DNA of 64,000 nt from Ginglymostoma cirratum (lineage: Eukaryota). The DNA lies in NCBI GenBank assembly GCA_024137785.1, contig JAHRHZ010000021.1:25705857-25769856 (forward strand). The letters run 5' to 3'. Under the pieces are notes generated by a model, which saw only the letters and a list, made by a program, of their open reading frames with translations, had not been told where the DNA came from and did not search any database. Every line of letters begins with the position of its first letter. The first letter of the stretch is position 1. Below, piece after piece: positions 1-14,689 of this stretch. A program made the position numbers and the translations under genes.

Positions 1-67
1 TCAGCTTTCCTGCTCCTCTGATGCTGCTTGGCCTGCTGTGTTCATCCAGCTCTACACCTTGTTATCT
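1..67 (+). mobile_element. 3' tail of Penelope-like (PLE) short repeat, cut by window edge
   Basis: tcagctttcctgctcctctgatgctgcttggcctgctgtgttcatccagctctacaccttgttatc matches 54526-54591 and closely resembles the minus-strand copies at 4289-4387 and 55071-55140. Confidence 0.8.
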
Positions 68-1394
68 AATATTTTTCATTTGTTTCCAAGCCTACAATAA
101 TAAGGGCTAATGTGTGGGGTAGGGGGCTAAGACATGGGAAAGTTTAGGTTGCAATGTATGCATTAGTTCTCAAGATTTCTCAATGTTAATTTTATGTGAG
201 CACATTGTGATGTCTTTAACAGAGTACAGCAAAATTACTACTGACTGCCTTTTAGATTGTGTCTCAGTTTCAAATAGTAATGCTAGTTTACTCTAAGTTC
301 AATGTGCAGTCATAGAGCGTTCTGCGATCTATTGCTTATCTCGGCCATAAATAAGAAAAAGACATTCTAAACCCTCCTGTTATCCCAATTCTGAGAATAA
401 AAGAAACCACATACTGGAGCTCCAGTGCTGAACTGTTATGAAATCAGCAGGGAGGCAGTCCCTGACACAGATTTTCATTACATTGAAATCTTTGGACTAG
501 AAATTTAACACATAAAATATTATATCCAATTTAGATATTCTATAATTCCTAATTTGGTATAGTCTTATTTAATTGTGTGTTAACTCAGCCACACTAAAGC
601 ATAATCTCATGCAAATGGATGTTTATATTATATTCAGGGCCAGATTTCGTAAACTCACTTTACAGCATATTAAATTCAAGAAACATGTCCAATAGAGATT
701 GTAATCTTGTGGAATCCTGCCTGCTTGGTGACATTAGCTTCCAGATGTCCTTGCTACACTTCCAAGTCAGACTTAATGTTACTGTAAGCTGTGCTATTTC
801 TGGGAAAGTGTTCCACATTTACTTCAACTTTCAATCTCTACCTGAGCAATTGGCTGCAAAGTATTTAAAAATGATGAATCGAAAGATAGAAAGCTAGTAG
901 AGATGTAATAGTAACATATATCAGAGGAAAGCCATTCTGCACTCTTAGCACCTATAGTCTATGCTGTCACATTCATCTAGATTCTTTTAAAGAGATATCA
1001 GCAAATGTAGCATTACAGGATCAGATTTGAATTATAGCTACCAACTTCTGCATCAGTGTTTTATTCCCAGCTGTAAGCTCGGGAACCAGATGACAGATAT
1101 TGCAGCCTATGGCTCCTAAAGAACATTAACAGTAGCAAATCAGGTCATCTACATTATGTTTTAACAAAATGAACAGGCTGGTTTAAGCTGCTACTTCAAT
1201 GACTAACTGGTACTAATCTCAAAAAAAAATGTGTAATGCCTGAAATGTACTCTGGATTAAGTTGCCACGATCTTGTAACAATGACACCACAAATTTAAGC
1301 TTTCAATGGATTACCCTGATTTGTCATAAATGCAGCTGATGGCTGACTCATATATTGGCTAGCTACAAGATACACTGCATTAACTTGCCAAAGC

Positions 1395-1705
1395 TTTTTT
1401 GGCAGCATTTTCCAAACCCTACCATTCAGAAGGACAAAGGCAGCAGGCACATCTGAACGTCACCACCTGCAAATTCCCTTCAAAGTCACATACCATCCTG
1501 ACTTGGATATATGCTGCCATTCCTTCACTGTTGCTGAATCAGAATCCTTTAATTCCTTCCCTAGCAGCATTGTCAGTGTACCCATTTCACATGAACTACA
1601 ATGGTTTAAGAAGACAATTCACACCCAGTGTCTAGAGGCAAACTAGAAATGGGAAATAAATGCTGACCTTTGCAGTACCAGCCACATTCCAAGAATGTAT
1701 TAAAA
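1395..1705 (+). mobile_element. Decayed LINE 3'-end repeat (CR1/L2-type)
   Basis: Similar to 57900-58245 and to the reverse complement of 17685-18045 (gaaggacaagggcagcag...caccacctgcaa...ccatcctgacttgga). Confidence 0.65.
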
Positions 1706-3989
1706 TATATAGCTGGGTATTTTGTGATGAACACCACAAATATAGATTTTTTTCTTTTGCTCTTCATCTCCAAATGTCATCTGATAACAATGCTTTGAAG
1801 TCACAGGGAATGTGGAGCATTAATGAAAGGTGGGACCAATGTCTATCTCCCTAATCAAAGGAAGTTAATGGTTAGAGAAAGATTCTGAGCAAATGATGGG
1901 GAACAAAATGGAATGGATTAGACTTAAATCATGTCCACAAAGAGACATGTAGAAAAGGGAAATAAAGTTTGGATAAAGAAAAAAAATTTAAAAGACATAA
2001 AAAGTAGCAATTTAAATTTAAAGTACTTCAAGGAATAAATTATTATCTGCAGGAGTGAAATTTTTTAGTTGTAATTGTTTCCTTTCCAAACATTTGAGGT
2101 TCCGTAGCATTGCCATGTCAATCTAGTCACTAACCATTCCTGATTTTGTGATATAACGACCTCAGGTTTCTGTGGTGAGTTTAATTCATATTTATGATAC
2201 AAATCTGACAGTTTCTTGAAAATCTCTGGAAGGTTTATGTTGAGCACCTGTTTTTAGCAGGCTAACATTTAAACAGTGCAAAAGGTTGCTCACAACTCCT
2301 AGGGTATTGCTTCCTCCCTGCAAACTGTTGTATGATTTTCATGTTAGTAATAGCGTGCTCATAAAAGTTGCCACAATTACACCAGAAATTCTGTCCCAGT
2401 ATGTGTGCGCATATGTACATACAAACAACTTCTTTAAGACTAAGAAAGCAAGCCAAAGAAAGTAGCCAATGAAGAATGTTCCAATGACCCGATTGATTTA
2501 ACTACAGCAAGCAATTGTATTGATCATTCTAGAGTTACAGTTGGTGCTCTTTGAATGCTACCAACCTTTAGATCACAAATGGAGGATAAGAATTATATAG
2601 GAAAAATTTTTGGAAGAGCATCATTGGGTTTATGTCTAGATTTTAGTATCTGGGAAAAGTATAGTAAACCAAGGTTGATATTCCCAGTACACTATTCCAT
2701 TGTAGAAATTAAGAATAAAATATGATGTTTATTAGAAATTACTTTCTAATGATGCTCAGTTTAAAGTAGTGTATGTATTTATAGTTATTGGTTGATGATT
2801 TGGAATGGGTAATAATGCTGGTTGTGATTAAATTAAGTTAGTACAGATTATTTTCGATCACAGCATAGTTGAACTGTTGGGGCAGATTTACACACATCCA
2901 ATATTAATTTTCAAAAGAGGCTCTAAAAAGTAGTTAACTTAGTTGGCCAGTTCATTTAGAGGGTTGGTCAAGTTTCTACAATATATAAAAAAAATGACTG
3001 CAAGTGATTGCAGTAAAAATAAAATGACCCCAAAGTTCAGAAACAATAAAGTGTAAGAGGTTTTCTACAGTATGAAACACCATTTGAACACCTCAGTGAA
3101 ACAGTAATGGTTCCCAACCGTCTAATAATGATAGCACATTGCCCTCTTCAGTTCTGTACTTGGTGCTCGGCTGTACAATATGAATGTTAATAGTTATTTC
3201 AATTGTCTCATTTCACACTGCCGTAAGGTACAAATCTAGAAGCAAAAAAAAGTATAAGAGTAATAGTTACTGCTAAAAGTTACGATTCACAATTGCAGCC
3301 TCCTGAAGAGAATGGCAAACAACTCGAGATGGAGATGTAACTAAGTATCCAATGTTTAAAATGTCATAGCTTAAAATTTCCATTGCAAATATAATACAAC
3401 TAATAAAATGCTAAGCTGATGCAGTACTCTTAATATTGACAGCATGTTCACCTTTTGGATGTTGAATACAGAGGAAGGTGTAAAGCCAAAATATTCATAT
3501 CAGATAAATTTAAATGCATGACTGAACTGGTAAGCAATCTATTGATATTACACATGAGATTATTTTTAGTGAACAAAGAAAGCCTATCATTATCTCCAAG
3601 AAGATCTAAACTGAAATGCTGAGACATTCTCTATTTCTGTTCACCTCAGTATATTCTATGAGCGTTTCAAAAAGTCTTAATACTTACTAGCTAAATACTG
3701 ATCATGTCCACATCAAACATGAAGATCTGTCTGTCATTATTCTCTCTACTGTATGTAACATGGTTTACCATGATGTGCTTCTCTGGTGTTTAGTTCCATG
3801 ATACTTCCTTTGCATAGTTCCATTCCTATGAATCCATATTTATTCCTTATATCTCCAGTCGTGACTTTTCATACAGAAGTTATTTCCTTTGGATTAATCT
3901 GATGACAATGTTTCCATCCTCTGTGAGCTATAATTATACGTAATTCAATAAATGAATCAAACCCAGAAAACTCTAAATTCCTTAAATTG

Positions 3990-4172
3990 GGAACAAAACA
4001 GAAAATCTTGAGAATACTCCATAGATTACTCAGGAGGCGAGAGGAGACGTCAATGTTTTAGGTGTAATCTTTCCTCAGAACTAGAAAGGACTATAATGAA
4101 CAATTTGTCCTTTCTCCACACAAATGCTGACTGACATGTTGAGCGTTGAAAGCATTTTCTATCTTTATTTAA
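3990..4172. mobile_element. Old PLE-derived short element with inverted halves and decayed hammerhead core
   Basis: Starts aaaacagaaaat..., ends gcattttctatctttattt; the minus strand near 4040-4080 reads CTGAGGA-aagattacacct-AAAACATT, a decayed CTGANGA...GAAAC. Confidence 0.5.
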
Positions 4173-4288
4173 TTAAAACACAGTGATGAAAATATCCTAT
4201 CCCTTACAGAGACCCATATGCCTTGGCTGACCTACACTAGCTTCCTGCTTCTAACTTGTCTGTGAAACTTATTGCTTCAACAGTATGC

Positions 4289-4387
4289 GATAACAAGGTG
4301 CAGAGCTGGATGAACACAGCAGTCCAAGCAGCAGCATCAGAGGTGCAGGAAAGCTGACATTTTGGGCCTAGATCCTTCTTCAACCTC
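4289..4387 (-). mobile_element. PLE-derived short insert with 15-bp target-site duplication
   Basis: gcttcaacagtatgc is present at both 4274-4288 and 4388-4402; the insert is the reverse complement of the 54500-54591 family. Confidence 0.85.
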
Positions 4388-5477
4388 GCTTCAACAGTAT
4401 GCATTTGTTTATTCTTCATTCTCATCTTTTCTGACTCAACAATGATTCTTCATATGCATATCAGCAAAATGCCCGACTTCGTTATTTTACCTTAAAAGCA
4501 CTGCATCATCTAAGTTTCTGTTGGTTAACCTCATAGTAATGCTTTCTTCATATCACATATGAAACAGAACATTTATAGAATGACCTTCCATTGAGCTCTG
4601 GGGATCTGGGCAATGTAGCTGATTGCAAATTTGACTGAATGCAATTGCAACATTTCACTTCCAGCACAGAGATTCTGAGAGCTTAGTAGTTCAGGTCTAT
4701 TAACAGTGTACTATTAACAGTGCACTGACGTTTGTGCCATATTTTTAATGAGCTTAGGAGGATTGTCAAATGATGACAATAGAACGCACACATAGCCCAG
4801 ATTGAATTGTCCAAGTTAAAGGATTAAAATAAATTCAGTATTTTCCCCCCTAAATTAAGATGTAGCCCATAAGCTTTACTTTTGTTGTTACTCAAGTCCT
4901 ATTAGCACCACCAAAAAAACAGAAAAGATTTCTCTGGATCCAAAGTCAGAGGTATTGGATCAACTGGGTGCTGCAAATTTTGAAAAAATTGGGCGGGTCA
5001 AAACACACAAATAGAAAGGGATCCAATCCAATTTTTGCCAAGCAGCTGGACACAGGCATAGAAAAATCCTTCATAATGTCTGCCGACCCTGGAAAAATTT
5101 CTTACCTGTTTCTATTTGAATGTATTCTATTGACTTTTAACTGGTTTTAACAGCAGACCAACATGAAACAAATCTAGTTATCAACTAAGTAAAAAGCTCT
5201 ATTGATCTGAAAAAAGCAAGGATAATTGAGACAATTTTCTCTAATTTTCCAAATAATTTGTAAAAATACATGTTTTACAAATCCATAAAGCAATGCATTA
5301 ATATATATAATCAGAAAGCGCCTTTGGGCAGATCTTATTTTTCTTGAGACTAAGGTGGGCCTAAAAACAGGACACAATTACAAGGGGCAAGTTGGGTTTT
5401 TGGTTTTACATGACCACATTCTTATCAGCTCATTGCACATACATACGTGGAGAAAACATCAAATTTTATGGGTACAT

Positions 5478-5870
5478 GGGTAGGAATTTCTCCCCCAGCT
5501 GGGACCTTCCAGGTTCGATCTTCCAGGCACCACATTTAAAAGACACTTGGACAGCACTTCAGTCTCAACAGCACAGAGCGTCACATACCATCACATCACC
5601 CCCACCCATCTCAGTATTGGAAAACCAGGCCACAAGATGCCTAGGCTTACTGACCCTTTCCTAGAAGTTCTCTTGAAGTTTGTTCATCAAGGAATGGAAG
5701 TTCTTTTCCCTAGAGATGGCAGCAAGAGGCAACAAATTGGCAGGTAGATGAGGAAGAAATTGACAAGGTTTCTGATTCTCACAGGATTTCTTGAGAATAT
5801 CTCTCTGTTGAGCCAGTACTGGTGATGTCCCTCTAACTCTCTGACAATGTCATTAAAGAACTGACAGAGA
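5478..5870 (+). mobile_element. Harbinger/PIF relic with decayed Myb/SANT-like DNA-binding ORF
   Basis: ORF 5547-5747 ends MPRLTDPFLEVLLKFVHQGMEVLFPRDGSKR, resembling the APRF..LE.LL..V..RR.VLFP.DG pattern of Harbinger Myb-like proteins; homologous to 56105-56305. Confidence 0.6.
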
Positions 5871-5969
5871 TGCATAGGCCTACTGGGGAACATTTGGTAG
5901 AGGTAGTAGAGATCATGCACAGATTGGAGCAAAGGGCAGAGAACAAGTTCTGTCTCATGTTGTAGCTCT

Positions 5970-6110
5970 GACTATTGATGACCCTTTTTATCACTTTACT
6001 GTTGATCGAGAGTAGAAGGATGGGGCCGTAATTGGCTGGGTTGGATTTGTCCTATCTTTTGTGTGCGGAACATACCTGAGCAATTTTCTCTAATGTTGGG
6101 TAGATGCCAT
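5970..6110 (-). mobile_element. CR1/L2 LINE ORF2 (RT) fragment
   Basis: Minus strand translates, with a frameshift, to GIYPTLEKIAQVCSAH-K-DKSNPANYGPILLLSINSKVIKG, a decayed NYRPISLL motif. Confidence 0.75.
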
Positions 6111-7039
6111 AAGGTGGACTGAATGGAGTACTCTTGTCCCTTTGTGCAGAGATGAGGGAATCATCATTTTAATTGAATTTCACAAGATAACACGACCTCC
6201 ATGTAAACAATAGCCATAATTTCCCTTCACTTTGAACATGTTATCTCAAACAAGAATGAGAGTGAGCTTTCCTGTGCTTTGAAGATAGTTGGTCCATAAT
6301 CAGTCCTTCTAAGGATGCTTCTGAAAAATTGCTGCAAAAGCAACATTCATCAAAATTATTTTACAAACCTTAAGATTTGGGCTTTGCACCCAAGCTGCAG
6401 GTATTGAAAATATATTAATTTAGAAACTCTGTAACATGACATTACATTTAGTGCTGTACATTCTATAAATCATTATTAATACAAATTAATTATAACAACA
6501 AAGGAGTAACTGCAGAAATGATTATATTTAATTGGTTGTTGCATTCCATTAGAGTCTCATGTAAGCTGTAACATAGGGAAGCTATACTTAAACTGTCACC
6601 TTTACCCTCAGGAGCCAAAAGTTCTAATTCAGCAAGAAAGAAACTGTTATGAATACATTGAGTTGTATGTTCCTGATAAATAAAGCTTGGATGTCTGGAC
6701 TGACTGGTGTTTAATGACACCTTCTTTATTTGGTCAGTAGTTTGTACATTTTTCTTCCTGTTCTAAGAAGAGAATTTTATCAACAGACAAGTTGTGATTT
6801 CGGAAAAAATTGAAATACATGTACAATGTCTTGGTGCATGGTCGTTAACTGCATACCATATTAAAAATAGGTTTCCTTTTCCCCATCATTATTCTTCTCT
6901 AAAGTAACAGGAGCCTCTTTAGTAAACGCACCTTTTTGCCTTTGAAGACACTCCTTCTGGCAACTCTTTAGGCCCCTATGCAATAATTCAGTGGTTACGG
7001 CTCTCTGAATGTTGTCAGAGATGCATTTCCTTTAGTGTT

Positions 7040-7613
7040 GAATAGAATAGAATAGAATATCCTTTATTGTCACGTGTACTCCAATAAAGTTTTTATAATG
7101 GCTGCCTCTAATGGTGCCATCTTAGATACAAGTACCGAGGTACAAATCTTGGATACAAAAGAGGAATAAAAGGAAAAGCAGTAGCATTACTTATAGTGTC
7201 TAAAAAATAAGTTAGAAGTAAGAAAGTTATAACACAGGTAAAGGATTGAGATTAAAGTCCAGTAAAGAATTTCAGATTGATATTACATTGTAGCAGCATT
7301 GCAGCAGCTCAGCAAGCACATGATCTGACTGCCCATGCCAGGTCCCTGTCCAACAACAGTCCCGCTCCTCTCCAAGCCTCCAGTCTGCTCCGCCAGACAC
7401 TCAGCTGCACCAAGGTAAGTTGCACTATTCCAGGACTTGCTTTTCCTCTCTCAGATCTCCAGGACTCGTTTCCCCTCTCGCTGCTCTGGGGAATACTTGC
7501 CCCAACACTTCTCCAGCGCTGGTAAAATGAGAGAAAGAAAAGAAAAAAGAGAAAAAGAACGAGTGGAGCAGATGAGTGCCAGGTGGAGCGTGCTACTCTG
7601 CTGCCATCTTGCC
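7040..7613 (-). mobile_element. Non-autonomous retroelement with (TATTC)n tail, possibly Rex/Babar- or L2-derived
   Basis: Minus strand begins caagatggcagcagagta and ends gtgacaataaaggatattc(tattc)n; second copy at 20441-20730 on the plus strand. Confidence 0.7.
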
Positions 7614-8199
7614 GAAATATTCTTTCGTATTCATATTTAATATTCATTCATATTTCTTATCATTCAATTTCAAGTTTCAGACACTTCTTTAGCTTTCATT
7701 CATTTACTGTAGCTACTTTTCTAATTTGCAGCGGAGATTTCCTAGCCAAAATGGAAGCATTTTGTGCACCTGGGGAGCTCATTCCCCTGAAATTGACATC
7801 AGATTGACACCTTGGCACCACTCCGCCGTCTCCCAGTTTTCCTCATGGATGGTGGGATTGCAGGTAAAGGGAAGCCCCTTGAATTTGTCAGGTAAGTAAT
7901 AAAAGTATTTTTAATTAAGAATTGCTTCCACCATTAATTCTAGATTTTCCAACAACAGACCTGTATTCAGGCTTATCAGCAACTCCCCAAGTTCACTGAG
8001 GCAAATGCATAACAGGAAGAGCTCCTTCTGTGAAACTGATAAGCTGGATAGTATGAAACTGAAATGTTCCAGCCTTGCCCAGGTGAGAAGCTATTGTTCA
8101 ACGTACTTCTCTTGGGATGTGCTACCATTACTTGACAGATGAGAGTCAAATTTTCGAAGCCACTTCAGTTTCCTTTCAATTACACTGAGCAGCAGTCAG

Positions 8200-8670
8200 C
8201 CTTTACCAGGCATTGGAACAGCCTCACACATTTCCATCTTTGATAAGGGTCAACAGCAGAGCAACAAACCCAACAATAGCGTCCCTGTATACCAAAAACA
8301 GCAATACCAGTAATCTTCTCCTCAGATGACTGCCCATCAAAAGGATAGAGGAATGGACCCAAGTTGCAGCTGGAAGGACTTGAGTGGGTGGGTGTTGATG
8401 GGATTCACCCATTCAGATGAATATAGGAGGTAATTGTGGAAAGAAGAATGAGTCAAGATCTAAGATATATCGACCTAAGCAGTGTTGTTCAGAAGAATCC
8501 CAGACAATTCAAAGGGTGGTACCTGGAACCTGAAAGTGGCGTGCCCTCCTGAGGTCCAAGTTCCTCTTGGTATACAGTCTACAGATTGGTGAGACAACAA
8601 TTCTCCTTGCTGATATCCTTGGTCACCCCCATCTATTCCAGCTTGTTTGAACTGATTGTCCTCTTCCTCC
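8200..8670 (+). mobile_element. Possible highly decayed L1-like RT fragment
   Basis: Faint remnants resembling the RPISLL and QGCPLSP.LF regions (YPWSP..LF at ~8613-8650); no open frame. Confidence 0.3.
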
Positions 8671-11607
8671 ATTCTTTATTTCTAAATCTTTGGCTTACAA
8701 TAGCACCTACTATTGATTGGTTGCTTTATATTCCCCATTTTTGAAAGACACATCCAGTTTAGTATCAGTTTGTGTCCAATTCTGGATAATTTTTTGCTGT
8801 GAGTTTGGGTCAACTGGGAACAGCGTAAGAAAGTATTAACATAGTTGAGGTGTGAGCTTTGAAGATAACAGAGCATAATAGTCTGGGCTGCATTACAGCT
8901 GATGCCAGAAGGGAAAAGGCTGTGTTATTGTAATAATTTGTATTATCTACTTCCCATTTGATATTACTTTGTGTGCGAAGTCTGCTTGCTGCTCAGTCCA
9001 TGCTATATACTGTGAAACATTCACCAGACTGCACTGTGATACTGGAAACAGCCCTACACCTTTCATTCCACCTTCTAAGCCTTGAACTATAGACATTGAA
9101 AATGCGGTTCTTAGTAAAGCAGCAACAAAATTGAGAAATTGTTTACTGTATGCTTTACAAGTAAGTTAAAGCATTGAGAAATTCAATATACATTATCAGC
9201 AGATTGTATGCAAATCTGTTACATCTGATGTTATTGTCTAGTTACGTCAGCATTTATCTAGTCTCAAGGAGTGAAGCTGAGATAGCTTTGCTAACAGAGC
9301 CCATTAATCTTTGTTACTGATTCTGTAGCAGAGTTTGAGGCCGCTGTCGACAAGATGATAAAAATATATAGCAGATGAGTAACAGAGGACATTCATGGTC
9401 ATTCTGACTGAAATCGAAATGCCTTGGAGGTTAATCATTTTGAAAGACTTTTAGTGGAGGGCGATTTTGCATTTGGAAATTCAGAGTAGGAATCCTTTAG
9501 ATGTTATTTGGTGTTTAAAATTATGTGCTATCTATCTTGTATCACTCAAGTAAAGTTTCCTCAGGAAAGTAAATGCAATGATATAACAAACTAACCAGCA
9601 AAAGGCAACTGGGCCCATTTCTGGGGTTTCTATTTCAGACTTTGCAAGATGATAAATAGTGCTTTCTTAGCCACCTTAGGTTAGCCCTTATATTCTTACA
9701 AAACCTAGGCAATGATGAATGGAATAATGCCAGAACCTATGTAAAGGCATCTACTACTGATAAAAAAGAATGAGCAGTGACAACTGGGGACCCAGGTGAC
9801 TCGGTAAAAAACTACACTTTACCCCCCAGAGGGAGGCTGTGATGGGATGGAATTGCCATTAGGGGAAAGATTAAGTGCCCTTGGTTCCTGTGTTGGCTAA
9901 TTATACACTCAAACCCCGTCATGATATCACAAAAGTCGAATGTTTTCATTTTGCACTGAGAACATTGATTGCTTATTGGTTATCTCTCCAGACATCTGAA
10001 AGTGGCATGGAAGAATCCCACTGGCAACAATGCATCTGTCAGGAGCAGAAAGTAAGAGTTGTGTGTTTAGTTTTCATTACGGGAGTACATGTAGCTGAAA
10101 AATGCATACCTGTCATGTCTCGAAGTTCTCGCAAGGGATTTCAGTATTAGAGCCACAATTCTCCCACCCTTCAAACAATTGGAAGAAAACAGGAGTTTTC
10201 TTCTTAAGACTGCTTTGACAGTCATACATAACAATTTGTGACTTGTCAGTCTGATGCACTCTGCTATTATTAAGTGGTACGGTCATGGGCAGGATGGATG
10301 AAGGTCGTTTACATTTGGTGCTTTGCTGAAATGTGCAGTACATGAATGCTGAAAGTATGGAATTCAGATATAGCTCATATTATTCCCTTAAGCCTGAAAT
10401 GACAATGGGGTATAATTGTATAAAGAAATAATTCTCATTGAACTGAACAAATCCACATTTTATTAATAGCATTGATTGATTATATTATTGTAGCAAGTTT
10501 CACTCTGCCAACTTCTTTTTTGCTAAGCAAACAGAAACTAAAAGACATTTCTTCATTATTTACTATTACAAAAAGCATTGTATTATTAAGATACGAAATT
10601 ACATGGACAATTTTCCCATTTTTTGTACAAATGGAAAAGAAAACAAAACTGTTTTGCCAATGTTTTACTTGTCTGATCTACAAAAGAAAATATTCCAAAC
10701 AGTTTGCAAGAAACTTTCAACATACTTGTCGTATGGATCCATGTTCATGATTGTTTCCAGTGTAGCTCATCATCAAATAAAAAAATCCTCAGAAAATACA
10801 GACCAATAAATTTATGAAAATAGTTATCAAGTTCCAGCAAGGAGATTAATTTATCAAATCATTATAAAACCAAATATACCGCAGTAACTGATTTTAGACT
10901 CAACCATATAGAACAGCAACAAATCCTCTTATAGCATGGCTGATCAACTGTGTCCTCTTTCAAATCAATGGGAGTCAATTCCAATTAATTGGAGGAACAC
11001 TTTTGGAACTTCTCTTGAGGCTTCATTGTTCTCTCCATTGCTGCTTTGAATGGGCTGGCATTACAGCTGAGCACAATTTTGAAAATGCCAACATCACATT
11101 TTTGGAGCTACAATGCCTTATTAAGAAAAATAAGTACAAAATACTCTCTTCACCTACTCAACAACTTTTTCTCAAAACATGAAGTTAAAATGTTTGAATA
11201 ATAACAGCTAGCAAGTCAGACGAGTTCTGCAATGGACAGATGCTGCGCTCCACCAGCTTACCATTCAAAACAGGAATGATGAAAATTGCCACCTGAGGAA
11301 CTTCCTTAGTGAGTATTATTTCTGAATCCCACAATGACCATCTATCCAATGATCAGTTGACTAACGTTAGTCTTGAGTTAGAGAACCTGATGTATTGAAA
11401 TTAGTGCAATAAGAAGAAAAGTCATCCAACTTGTCTCATTCTTCCATGAAAGTTAGGTCAATCCCATGCAACATATCACTTTTAATTGTATGGGTTGTTG
11501 TGACCACATATCAAGTGTGTTGCAACACACCAATACTGTTTTTAGATTATTTTGTATATGGTAATTCACTTCTCAGAAAATAACTTCAAACAATTAGATA
11601 TAATCTG

Positions 11608-11652
11608 TGATAACAAGGCATGGGGCTGGATGAACACAGCAGGCCTGTGTTT
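11608..11652 (-). mobile_element. Tiny PLE-tail fragment with fold-back end
   Basis: gataacaaggcatggggctggatgaacacagcaggcctgtgtt; same family as 55071-55140. Confidence 0.65.
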
Positions 11653-14600
11653 CTTTTCTCAAAAGATGGATGTTAAGTAAATGTTATTCAACAGAATTCA
11701 ACAATATTGTTATTAGACTGGACTAGTTGAATTACAAAAGATTGCCTTGTTCATTGTAGTAATATTTTATGTGTCTATTAAATGTTATATCTGTAATCTT
11801 TCATTGGAAGGTGATGTTTAATTAATCTTTGTTTGGGATGCCACTGCTGATCTGTCATTTAATAATTTAAAATAAATTACAATGGTTTAGAATGGATTAT
11901 GTTGCATGGATAACAATTAGCTGCTTCAGTATTTCCACAACGGGAAATTTCACACTTTACATTGATTGGTGTAATTGGCACAAGTGTTCCCTTGTGTTTC
12001 ATTGTTGGTTACTTCAAATAAAGTGAAATTGACTAGAAACACTTAGATGTAATGTTTTTGTCAATAAACCTTCCTGTTAATCAATATAAGTAGCATCTAA
12101 TTGGATTAACTAATCAGAATTCTGAATTTGTAGTGGAACATTTCATGTAACCTAATACTACAAATCATCTTAACACCCTTTTCTTAATAATTATGTTTTA
12201 TTAAGGTACATAAACTAATTATTAGAATCATGATGAGTAACAGAATTGACAAAATGCAGTAAACATGGAATTTATAAATTGAAAGACATGCTTAAAGTTA
12301 TTGTTCAAATAGATCAAAACTTTAATGGTTCAAACAGTTGTGTTACAGAATCACACGAAGAAACTACTGAATTTCAGGTGTGAAAAACAAATGGCTTATT
12401 TTTGGTCTCCCTTTCTTCACTGCACATCCCTCCTCCATTGTAGATGTTTCTTTGCACCACATGAAAAAGTAATGAACCTCATAAGCTCCTGGTATTGCCA
12501 CATTTGTGCTAACTAAAAGGAAGCTCATGAGAATATGAATATTTTGATTCCACTTTGCCTAGTTCAGCATTGCCACTTCACACCACTTTCTCCACTTCTA
12601 GCGGCACTCCTGTCAATTCCATCCAGTGGCATGGCTTAATTCAGGCTGTAAACATAGGAACAGTGCTGGACAATGTATTGTATTGGTTTGATATCGCACA
12701 TGGACAAACCAATATATTATGCTATTGTGTCACTCCAGGTTACTGGACCAGTGCTGAAATATCAGTGCTACTTTAAAAATATATCCAATTCAGGGGCAAA
12801 TTCAGTTCATTAAAATTCCCCACATATATCAGCATATTTATGAAGGAATTGAATTTTGTTGATGCTGAAAACTTCAGACTGGTGGTGGCAGTCTGTCAAA
12901 GTGAAAAGAAACAGTGCTGACATCATTAAAACCAAAATAGTGCCACTTTAGGATATGTCAGTCATCATCTAATCTTACCTTTCTACAGGAGAATTCAGAA
13001 GCTGCAGGCTTTGTCGGAACAAGTAACAATCCACACCATCTTATTATTACATGGGCATTTATTTGTATATGTTATTAAAACTGTGACATATAATTCAGAA
13101 GAAAAACGGAGATATATAATGTTGCTGAGTAAATGGCATATTTGATGATACATCACTCAAAAGGGTCGATAGAAATATTCAATGAATAGCATAAAATGCT
13201 ATATTTAAATTAGTTATCCACTAGCTCCGCTGTAAGTAGTATTATGATATTAGTGAGCTTGTAGGTCCAGTGTAATGAAGCAAATAGCAGTAATGTAAAA
13301 ACACAATAACTTTGAAAAGCACAGATATATCAAGGTTGAGAGCCCAGAATATGCCAATGTATCTTAGAATACTTAGTGTTTGTGTTTGGCACCAGCCACA
13401 CAGCTTGCAACGGACATAGGCAACAGGGTTCCAATGATTAGTTTCAACACACAATGCTTGAATCTTTATAATGAAGAGACATGAGGGTAAAGAGAGTACA
13501 TCTAAACCAAGGAAATTGATTCTTGTGCCTCATCAACATATTTCTGACATCAGTGTCAGGCAACGCACCTCACTCTGAGCTAGGTCCCAGGAGGGGTTGC
13601 TAGGTAGGGTATGGGAGAGGGTGTGTGCTGTGCATGTATCTCAAGTGAAGACAGACCGGCTTTTGTTAATGGCTATAGGGGCCACTTAAAAATCATGAGC
13701 AGCATGGGCCCTAAATGTATCTTGATTATTGATAATGTACATTTTGAAGAGGTCCTTCAACATGAGTCAGGATCATAATTAACAGACACAAGGCTCAGAA
13801 TGCTTACAGGACTCTTAAAGTAATAGACAAGATAGAGCCTGTAAATTGGACAAATGCCTGTGTGCATTGCTGGCAGACACTCGTTTAGTGACCCACAGTT
13901 CGCTAATCAATGCAAAGAAAATCTTAAAAGTATCGCAGTCACTTTACCATGGCCACCAGTCAGTTACCCAAAAGACAAAATAAACCCTGTGGAATTAAAG
14001 GGCTAAAATTTAACATATTTTCGGATGTGTCATTTTTATTGACTTTCATGGAAGATTTCCCCTAGCAGATCCCAAACAGTTTTCTTGTACAATCATCCCA
14101 AACCAGCCTCATTAATTACCTACCATGCTCCTATGGCACCCCTCTTGACTCATGCTAGCTTGATTGACCACTTGCTGTAATTGGAAGAATATGCTATTGC
14201 TGGGATATCCCAGAATAGACCACTGTCCCTCATGGCAGTGCCATCTTGGAAATACGGCCGTGCGCATATCAAGTGTTGGCAGTCCATAGTTGCCCTTCAC
14301 CATTAAAGTAGTGGCACAGCAGCCATAATCCAGTACTTCTCACAGTAAAGTGGCAACCACTGCCCTGTATATACCACACCAATCATTGTTTAAGCAGTAG
14401 GCCACCCATATCCCCAGTTCATCGCCACATCCCCTCTTATAATCAACTGTAAGTTACTGTTGGTCTGTCCCCAACGCCCAAAAGGATCCAGAATCTCATC
14501 ATTGTTCACTATGGGATTTCACAGACAGGAAAGCCTTCAAATAATGGATAACAATTGTATTTATTTTCAGAAACCAAGGTCAAACAAAAATCAAACAAAT

Positions 14601-14689
14601 GAACTGCTGACATGTTGAGCAACAAGTATTTTACAGTCGATGAATAATCAATGCAACCAGCTCTCATCTACTGGAACTGGGCTTTAATG

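Noticed and set aside
12972-13028. Micro-exon (plus-strand acceptor tttctacag, overlapping a minus-strand donor gtaaga)
   Set aside because: Weak partner splice sites and no recognisable peptide; such sites are expected by chance in 64 kb
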